Below, piece after piece: positions 57,777 through 64,000 of a stretch of DNA of 64,000 nucleotides. Numbering within the stretch: the stretch's first letter is position 1; each line of letters opens with the position of its first letter. The stretch comes from Bordetella parapertussis (lineage in GTDB: Bacteria > Pseudomonadota > Gammaproteobacteria > Burkholderiales > SG8-41): NCBI GenBank assembly GCA_945861275.1, contig CAMATZ010000013.1:2302-66301 (forward strand). The letters are read 5' to 3'. The notes under the pieces are model-generated. The model was not told where the DNA came from, made no database searches, and saw only the letters and a list, made by a program, of their open reading frames with translations. Both the position numbers and the translations under genes were made by a program.

Positions 57777-58817
57777 TTATAGCGCCACCTCGGTACGCCG
57801 CGCGGTTTCGGTGGCGACCTCCGCATCCAACAGTTCGATCAGGCTGCGCACCCAGGATTCTCGCAGGTTGCGGCCGATGAACACCAGGCGCGTGCTGCGC
57901 TCCGTCGAGGGCCAGCGCGGCAACCACACCGGCGCGTGATACACATGCTGCACGCCGTGGATTACGGCAGGGCGCTCCGGCGCTTCAAGCACGTTCACGA
58001 TACCTTTCATGCGCCATAAATCGGCGCCGCAGTTTTCTGCCAGCGCCGACAGCAGCAGCGGCAGCGTCACTGCACGTAGCGGCGCTTCGCGCACGATGCA
58101 AAAACTGGTGATGGATTCGGTATGTTGATGCCGATGCGGTACGTGTCCGCGTGCGGCATCGACGGATTCATGGGCGAGCCACGCGCCCACGTCGGGATGC
58201 TTACCTTCAACCGCATAAAAACCGCTATCGAACAATACCGACGGCGCGATCGCGCCGCGCACCGCGGCAATGAGCGGTGCGCCCGGATTGATGGCGGCTA
58301 GCTGCTGCCGGATGGCGTCCGTTTGCGCATCGTCAAGATCGGTCTTGGTCATCACGATACGGTCGGCAACCGCCACTTGGCGACGCGCTTCTTCGTGATT
58401 GTCGAGTGTCGCCATGCCCAGCAGTGCATCGACGGTGGTAATCACACCGTCGAGCGCGTAGATGCCAATGAGATCGCGGTCGGTCATCAGCGCGTGCAGT
58501 ATGGGCGCGGGGTCGGCGAGACCGCTGGTTTCGATGACCACGCGCTCGAATGGCGGCAGCGTGCCCTGCGCGCGCCGCGCTGCAAGATCACCGAGTGTGA
58601 GCGTGAGATCGCTGCGCACGTTGCAGCACAGGCATCCGTTAGTGAGCTGGACAAAACTCTCGTTGCTGGTCTCGATCAGATCGTGGTCGAGCGCAATCGC
58701 GCCGAACTCATTGATGATGACCGCGGTACGCCCCATTGCCGGATCACGTAGCAGGCGCCCCAGCAAGGTGGTTTTGCCGCTGCCGAGAAAGCCGGTGATG
58801 ACTGAGACAGGGATCAT
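57777..58817 (-). CDS. CobW/COG0523 family GTPase metallochaperone
   Basis: ITGFLGSGKTT, NEFG, NGCLCC, ETSGLADP, TKTD, His-rich HVPHRHQH, RMKG. Confidence 0.92.
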   Translation of the reverse strand: MIPVSVITGFLGSGKTTLLGRLLRDPAMGRTAVIINEFGAIALDHDLIETSNESFVQLTNGCLCCNVRSDLTLTLGDLAARRAQGTLPPFERVVIETSGLADPAPILHALMTDRDLIGIYALDGVITTVDALLGMATLDNHEEARRQVAVADRIVMTKTDLDDAQTDAIRQQLAAINPGAPLIAAVRGAIAPSVLFDSGFYAVEGKHPDVGAWLAHESVDAARGHVPHRHQHTESITSFCIVREAPLRAVTLPLLLSALAENCGADLWRMKGIVNVLEAPERPAVIHGVQHVYHAPVWLPRWPSTERSTRLVFIGRNLRESWVRSLIELLDAEVATETARRTEVAL

Positions 58818-59164
58818 GTCTGCTCCGGCGCCGGCACGATGCGCACCGCGGCTCCGCGCTCCACGCCCAGCGCATCGCGCACCGCAGCAAGCAACCCCAC
58901 CAGAGAACCACAAGCGCGCGGCCGCAGTTCGCGTACGCCGCCGGGCGCATCACCCGCGGCGCGCCAGCGTGCGAACCAGCGGAACGGCGTGTCATCGGCG
59001 GCGCGCTCGATCCACACGATGGCGCCGTTGCTGGCGCGGATCTCCGCGACGACCGGCGCTTCACCTGTCTGCACGGTGCCGGCAACGTGCCATAACGCAA
59101 GACTGTCGGCGAGAAACGCGCGCAGCCGTTCTGCTTCGTCTCCCGCAGCCGGAAGTACGCTCAC
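58814..59164 (-). CDS. Hypothetical protein, 116 aa, translationally coupled to both neighbours
   Basis: 4-nt overlaps with the upstream stop and the downstream ATG; fills the gap exactly. Confidence 0.65.
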   Translation of the reverse strand: MSVLPAAGDEAERLRAFLADSLALWHVAGTVQTGEAPVVAEIRASNGAIVWIERAADDTPFRWFARWRAAGDAPGGVRELRPRACGSLVGLLAAVRDALGVERGAAVRIVPAPEQT

Positions 59165-60588
59165 AGCATGGCGCCGCTGCGGATTTCTTCAGAAATTTTG
59201 CGTGGGAGAAACCTGCCATCCTTCAGATCGCCGAAGAACCGGCCGCCGTCAACCACCACCTTGCCGCGCAGCACCGTGGTCGAGGGCCATGCCAGCATTT
59301 CGTGTCCTTCCCACGGTGAATAATCGGATTCGTGCAGCATCTCTTTGGTCAGCGTGAAGCGCCGCGACGTATCCAGCACGGTGATATCGGCGTCGGAACC
59401 CACCGCGAGCGCACCCTTGCGCGGGTATAGCCCCATGATTTTCGCCGCATTGCTGGAGATGAGATCGACGAAACGCTCGAGCGAGTAACCGCGCCGGCCC
59501 ACCATCTCGGAATACATCAGCGACACGCGCGGTTCCACGCCGACGTTGCCGCCGGTGGTATCGTCGATGCGCTTGCCCAGGGTCTTGTCTTTCAGCGAAC
59601 AGCACACCTCGTCGGTCGCCACTGTCTGAATGGTGTGGTCGAGCGTGCCGGCCCACAGCGCGTTCTGATCCGCCTGCGCCTTGATCGACGGATAGGTGTG
59701 ATACATCTGTCCGTTCGGGCGCTTGTAATCTTCCGAGGTATACATCAGGTATTGGTGCAGTGTTTCGCCGTAGACCGGCATGCCGCGTGCGCGCGCTTCG
59801 CGTATCGCCTCGACGCCGAACGCAGCACTGACATGCATGAAGTAGAGCGCGATGCCCGGCACATTTTTAGCCAGCCCCAACACGCGGCGAAACGACAGGT
59901 CTTCGGACATGGCGTTATGCACCTCGGCCATGTTCTCGAACCCGGTGCGGTTTTCGCGTATCAGCTTGTCGTACATGTGCATCACGATATCGTTGTCTTC
60001 GCCGTGGATGACGCACAGGCCATGTTCCTGCGCGACCACCTTGAACACCTCCCAGATGTCGCCGAAATCAACCATGCGGCCGCGCCGGCTCGGCGTGATG
60101 TCGGTGGTAAACATCTTCACCGTCGGATAACCGGACCGCAGCACTTCGGCAAGCTGCCCGAAAATTTCCGGCGGCAGCGCACCTTCGACCATCACGTGAA
60201 AACTGTAGTCGCATTGGCACTGCCCGGTCCAGTCCTTATGCCGGTCTTCGATTGCCTGCTGCAGGGTCTTGCCATGCGTCCAGCGCACGAAGTCGATCAT
60301 GGTGGTGGTGCCGCCATAAAGCGCGGCGCGGCCCACCACCGACGGCGGATCGGTATAAGTCACGCTTCCGTCGGGATGCGGCGAGTACCATTTCAGATGC
60401 ACGTGCGGATCAATGCCGCCGGGCATGACGATTTTGCCGGTGGCGTCGATCACACGCCTGGCACTCTCGGCGCCGAATGAACCGGCTGCGCCCAGCGCCA
60501 CAATCTTCTCGCCCTGAATCGCCAGGTCACACGCGGTGACGCCTGCGGGCGTCACTACTTTGTCACTGCGAATTATCAGATCAAACAT
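59161..60588 (-). CDS. Dihydropyrimidinase/hydantoinase-like cyclic amidohydrolase
   Basis: PGGIDPHVH, GGTTT, VKMF, HGED, MHVS, ATD, KGALAVGSDAD; AAGGAG RBS. Confidence 0.85.
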   Translation of the reverse strand: MFDLIIRSDKVVTPAGVTACDLAIQGEKIVALGAAGSFGAESARRVIDATGKIVMPGGIDPHVHLKWYSPHPDGSVTYTDPPSVVGRAALYGGTTTMIDFVRWTHGKTLQQAIEDRHKDWTGQCQCDYSFHVMVEGALPPEIFGQLAEVLRSGYPTVKMFTTDITPSRRGRMVDFGDIWEVFKVVAQEHGLCVIHGEDNDIVMHMYDKLIRENRTGFENMAEVHNAMSEDLSFRRVLGLAKNVPGIALYFMHVSAAFGVEAIREARARGMPVYGETLHQYLMYTSEDYKRPNGQMYHTYPSIKAQADQNALWAGTLDHTIQTVATDEVCCSLKDKTLGKRIDDTTGGNVGVEPRVSLMYSEMVGRRGYSLERFVDLISSNAAKIMGLYPRKGALAVGSDADITVLDTSRRFTLTKEMLHESDYSPWEGHEMLAWPSTTVLRGKVVVDGGRFFGDLKDGRFLPRKISEEIRSGAML

Positions 60589-60616
60589 ATGCAACTCCTT
60601 GTTTTTTTAAATGTTT

Positions 60617-61963
60617 TTATACCTTGTGCAGCAGTGCCGTGAAATCGGCAACGCTGCTCCATTCCTCGCAACGATCCACCGCTTGCTCGACCTGCGCGAC
60701 ACCCTCAGGCGTAAGCACGTGGCCGGCAAGCAGACGAAACTTGCCGCGCAGCACCGATTCCGCGTACGGCCGATTGAAGTCGCCTTTATGACTCTCGCAC
60801 GCATGTGTGGCCGAGCGTCCATCCTTCAACGTCACGGTAACGCGCGCGGGCCGCAGGCGCGGCGCCAGAGCACTCATCGCTGGATCTTCGGCGACATGCA
60901 CGCGCTGTCGCAGCGCGCTTATCGCCGGGTCGAGCAACGCACTGTCGTCGATGTCACTATGCTCCGCCTTGCCTCTGACTGCCATCACCGCCGCCGCGTG
61001 CGGCAACGAATACTTGGAGGCAAAATAATTCGGCGGATGCGGGTTGCGCATTACCGAGGCAAAGCGATAGGTCGCAAATTCGATGCGCTCGATCTCCTCT
61101 GCGCGCGGACGCAATTCCGCGAGTGCGGCTTTCAACACGTCGAGCGCGGGATGGATCGGATTGCAGCACGCATACAGACGAAAGTAGTTGCGCATGATTT
61201 CCCAGCGCGTGCCGAGTGCGTCGAGTAGGTGCTCGGGATTGAAGCCGTCACCGACCAGCTGGCTCAGCGCTTCTTCAATCGCATCTTCCTGCGCCTCGAT
61301 GCCGGCCAGCGCAAGATCGGGCGCCAGCGCACCGGCAAATCCGCTCATGCCGCCGGCGACATTGAGCGCCGTCGCCCCGGCGCCGGTATTCATATAACTG
61401 GGCGTCATCAGCAACACAGCCGCAATACGCATGGCGCGGCTTACGCCCGCCGCGTCGAGTCCGCGCATGCGCGCGCCCGCTGCTGCAGCGGCGAGCAGCA
61501 TGGCCTGGCCATTCTGGTGCGCCAGCGGTCGCGGCGTAAAGGCCATTCCCAGCCGCGCGGCGACATCGTAGCCGAGCACCAGCGCCGTGAGCAACGCCTT
61601 GCCGCTCGCTCCCGCATGCTCGCCCACGGCAAGTATGCCGGGCAGAATTTGCATCGCGGCCTGACCGCTAACCAGACGCAGTCCTTCGCACAATTCGATG
61701 GCGCGGCCGGCAATGCCGTTGAGCAGCGCCGCGGTGCGCGGGTCATGCGCAGGCCAGCCGCGCGCATACACGGTAGCACCCGTGCCTGCAGTGGCCGACA
61801 AACGTTCGCGCACCTGTGCGACTTCAGGCCGCACTGAACCCGCAAGAATGACGCCGAGCGTGTCGAGCAACACCAGTTTGGTTTGCCGTTGCACCGGCGC
61901 AGGAATGTCTTCCCAGTGTGTTTCTGCTGCGAACTTCGCCAGTGCTTCTATGTGTTGTCCCAT
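60617..61963 (-). CDS. MmgE/PrpD family protein (divergent)
   Basis: LLDTLGVILAG, AALLNG, GYDVAARLG, YACCNPIH, KYSLP. Confidence 0.85.
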   Translation of the reverse strand: MGQHIEALAKFAAETHWEDIPAPVQRQTKLVLLDTLGVILAGSVRPEVAQVRERLSATAGTGATVYARGWPAHDPRTAALLNGIAGRAIELCEGLRLVSGQAAMQILPGILAVGEHAGASGKALLTALVLGYDVAARLGMAFTPRPLAHQNGQAMLLAAAAAGARMRGLDAAGVSRAMRIAAVLLMTPSYMNTGAGATALNVAGGMSGFAGALAPDLALAGIEAQEDAIEEALSQLVGDGFNPEHLLDALGTRWEIMRNYFRLYACCNPIHPALDVLKAALAELRPRAEEIERIEFATYRFASVMRNPHPPNYFASKYSLPHAAAVMAVRGKAEHSDIDDSALLDPAISALRQRVHVAEDPAMSALAPRLRPARVTVTLKDGRSATHACESHKGDFNRPYAESVLRGKFRLLAGHVLTPEGVAQVEQAVDRCEEWSSVADFTALLHKV

Positions 61964-62021
61964 ACTACCGATCCTGAAAACCGCATTCCGGCACTAAAAG
62001 TACGTGCAATTTCAAGCAACT

Positions 62022-62127
62022 GTAGGTTGGCGCTGAGCCTGCGAAGCCCAACACAAACGCTCGTGATAATGCAAAGGCCATTGCCTATCGCCGAGCGTGT
62101 GATGTTGGGCTTTGCAGCCCAACCTAC
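62022..62127. repeat. GTAG-type REP doublet
   Basis: gtaggttggcgctgagcctgcgaagcccaac...gttgggctttgcagcccaacctac. Confidence 0.8.
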
Positions 62128-62138
62128 GAACAATTTGG

Positions 62139-63107
62139 CTATTCCAGTTTGATACCTGCGTCGCGGATGATACGCGTCCACTTGGCGATTTCGTCGCGCA
62201 CGAAGCGGTCGAACTGGGCCGGCGTATTGCCGACCGGCGTCGCACCCTCCTGCATGGCGCGCTCGCGTATCGCTGGCATCGCCATCGCCTTCGCAATATC
62301 ACCGCTCAACTGTTCAATAATTACAGCGGGCGTGTTGGAGGGCGCGAACATGCCGAACCAGCCGACGGCTTCGTAATCCCTGAACCCGGCTTCAATGGCT
62401 GTCGGCACTTCGGGCAACGCCGCCGCGCGTTCGCGCGTCGATACGGCAAGTGCCCGCAGCCGTTTGGCGCGTATCAGGCCCAACACGGTTTCAGGGGTGT
62501 TGAACGCGGTGGTGACCTCGCCGCTCATCACCGCCGTCGCGGTCTGCGGGCCGCCCTTGTACGGCACGTGGCCAAGTTGTGTTTTGGTTACCACGGCAAA
62601 CAGCGCGCCGGCCAGATGCATGGCGCTCCCCGGCCCGGCTGAGGCGTAGAGCACCTGCCCAGGCCGCTCGCGCGCGAGACGGACGAAATCCTGAATGTCT
62701 TTCACCGGCAGCGACGGCAGCACTGTGATCACATGCGGCACGCGCACCACCTGCGACACCGCGGCGAAATCCTTGAGCGAGTCGTAGCGCAGCTTCGGAT
62801 AAAGTCCGGGCGTGAACGAAAACGAAGCCGAGGTCATCAGCAGCGTGTAGCCGTCGCCCGCGGCGCGCGCGACGAACTCGGTGCCGATGGTTGAACCCGC
62901 GCCGGGACGGTTATCGACAATGAATTGCTGGCCGTAGACTTCGGACAGGCGCTGTCCGAGGATGCGTGCAAACACATCGGTGCCGCCACCCGGCGTGAAC
63001 GGCACGACGATGCGCACGGTTTTCTCCGGGTATTTTTGCGCGGCAGCGTTTGGCGATGTGATGAAACTGATGGCGAGCGCTGCGGCGACGAAATGAAATA
63101 GTTTCAT
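62139..63107 (-). CDS. Bug/TctC substrate-binding protein
   Basis: YPEKTVRIVVPFTPGGGTD, DNRPGAG, HVPYKGG. Confidence 0.92.
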   Translation of the reverse strand: MKLFHFVAAALAISFITSPNAAAQKYPEKTVRIVVPFTPGGGTDVFARILGQRLSEVYGQQFIVDNRPGAGSTIGTEFVARAAGDGYTLLMTSASFSFTPGLYPKLRYDSLKDFAAVSQVVRVPHVITVLPSLPVKDIQDFVRLARERPGQVLYASAGPGSAMHLAGALFAVVTKTQLGHVPYKGGPQTATAVMSGEVTTAFNTPETVLGLIRAKRLRALAVSTRERAAALPEVPTAIEAGFRDYEAVGWFGMFAPSNTPAVIIEQLSGDIAKAMAMPAIRERAMQEGATPVGNTPAQFDRFVRDEIAKWTRIIRDAGIKLE

Positions 63108-63136
63108 GGAATTCACCTTTGCTTGCATCGTTTGAT

Positions 63137-63230
63137 GTTGGGGTTCCTTCGTCACCCCAACCTACCCAGACTGAATCTCACAATGACTGTGCAAATCATA
63201 GCGCATGTCGCCTCACGCCTCACGCCTTCA
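63137..63230. repeat. Single GTAG-type REP (63137-63165, minus) and short 7-bp array (63211-63230)
   Basis: gttggggttccttcgtcaccccaacctac; cctcacg-cctcacg-ccttca. Confidence 0.6.
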
Positions 63231-64000
63231 CAAGGTCATCTCGCCGGCCAAGGCGCGAAAATCGCGGATGTCTTCCAGCTTCATCAGCCGGTCAAAGAGA
63301 TTTTGCGTTGCGGGCCTGCCCCATACGGGCTCGCCCAGTTCGAAAAACTTGCCGGTCAGGTCCGCGGGGGTGTGCGGGTTCGCCGGTTCACCCTTGGTGA
63401 TGGTGCAGCGCCCGTCATACACGGCGCCGTTTTTCATCACAATGCGCACGGTGACCGGTTGCTCCTGCGGATAACGCGCGGTAAACGACGGCTCTTCGCG
63501 CAGATCGACCCGTTGTACCAGCGCCTGCACCCTTGCATTGGCGACAGCAGCGTCATCAAAACTCTTTAATCCCGAGCGGCCGTGATAAAGAATGCTTGCC
63601 AGTGCAAACGGCACTGAAAAGCGCGCGCCAAAACTCGAGACGATGTTTTTGCCGGCAAGGCTCGCCGCCAGCCTATAGGCCCTGACCTCGATACGCTCGA
63701 TCTCGTCCACGCCAAGCCGGCCGCCGGGCGCTTTCGCGAGCAGGTCTTCAAGCGCGTCGATGGCAGAGTGCGCATAACGTCCTATCGGGTGCAGCTTGAA
63801 GTAGCTTTGTGCGATCAGCCACTCGGACCCAAGCCCTGCGACCACTTGCGCCGGATCGAATTTATCCGAGTACACGCCCTTGCCGTAGACATTGCCCACG
63901 CTGTCGATTTCACCGGTGAAGCCGCACTCGACCAGCCGTGCCGCGGTGAGCCCCATGTATCCCGAATGTCCGGTGAAGATGTTGCGCACGGTCGCGCCAT
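63228..64000 (-). CDS. MmgE/PrpD family protein, 5' end outside window
   Basis: YFKLHPIGRYAHSAIDA, ARFSVPF, KGEPANP. Confidence 0.85.
   Translation of the reverse strand, partial: GATVRNIFTGHSGYMGLTAARLVECGFTGEIDSVGNVYGKGVYSDKFDPAQVVAGLGSEWLIAQSYFKLHPIGRYAHSAIDALEDLLAKAPGGRLGVDEIERIEVRAYRLAASLAGKNIVSSFGARFSVPFALASILYHGRSGLKSFDDAAVANARVQALVQRVDLREEPSFTARYPQEQPVTVRIVMKNGAVYDGRCTITKGEPANPHTPADLTGKFFELGEPVWGRPATQNLFDRLMKLEDIRDFRALAGEMTL

Noticed and set aside
57499-57939. Short ORFs over repeat clusters (also 11026-11506, 15132-15374, 19466-19840, 39162-39407, 43509-43760)
   Set aside because: They are translations of palindromic repeats, with no RBS or family motifs.
1-64000. Prophage, IS, integron or tRNA/rRNA genes
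   Set aside because: No integrase, transposase, phage gene, attC-like array or structural RNA signature was recognised.

Overview
GC-rich chromosomal window, probably from a Burkholderiales-type betaproteobacterium (inferred from six Bug/TctC solute-binding proteins, pilU, uup and pimCD). About 50 genes, mostly paralogous small-molecule catabolism: 6 Bug receptors, 6 MmgE/PrpD proteins, 3 ACAD-fold flavin monooxygenases, 2 AHL-lactonase-like proteins, several amidohydrolases and dehydrogenases. No rRNA, tRNA, CRISPR, transposase, integrase or dedicated transcription regulator (other than HigA) was seen. Main result: two short ORFs in the track (29934-30233 and 30273-30485) are probably one selenoprotein. 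An in-frame TGA sits in a D-U-G-S-C motif and is followed by a SECIS-like hairpin. The protein resembles GrdB/PrdB reductase selenoproteins, is coupled to an uncharacterised partner gene, and lies in a cluster with monooxygenases, a Bug receptor and a degenerate MBL protein. A HigBA module with its own promoter sits at this gene's 5' end between 166-bp direct repeats. Next to it are a sigma54-type Anbu operon and a second, divergent Anbu paralog. Intergenic spaces hold at least six families of palindromic repeats, often nested, and recurrent IHF-like sites. All protein calls are from motif recognition; no database search was run.
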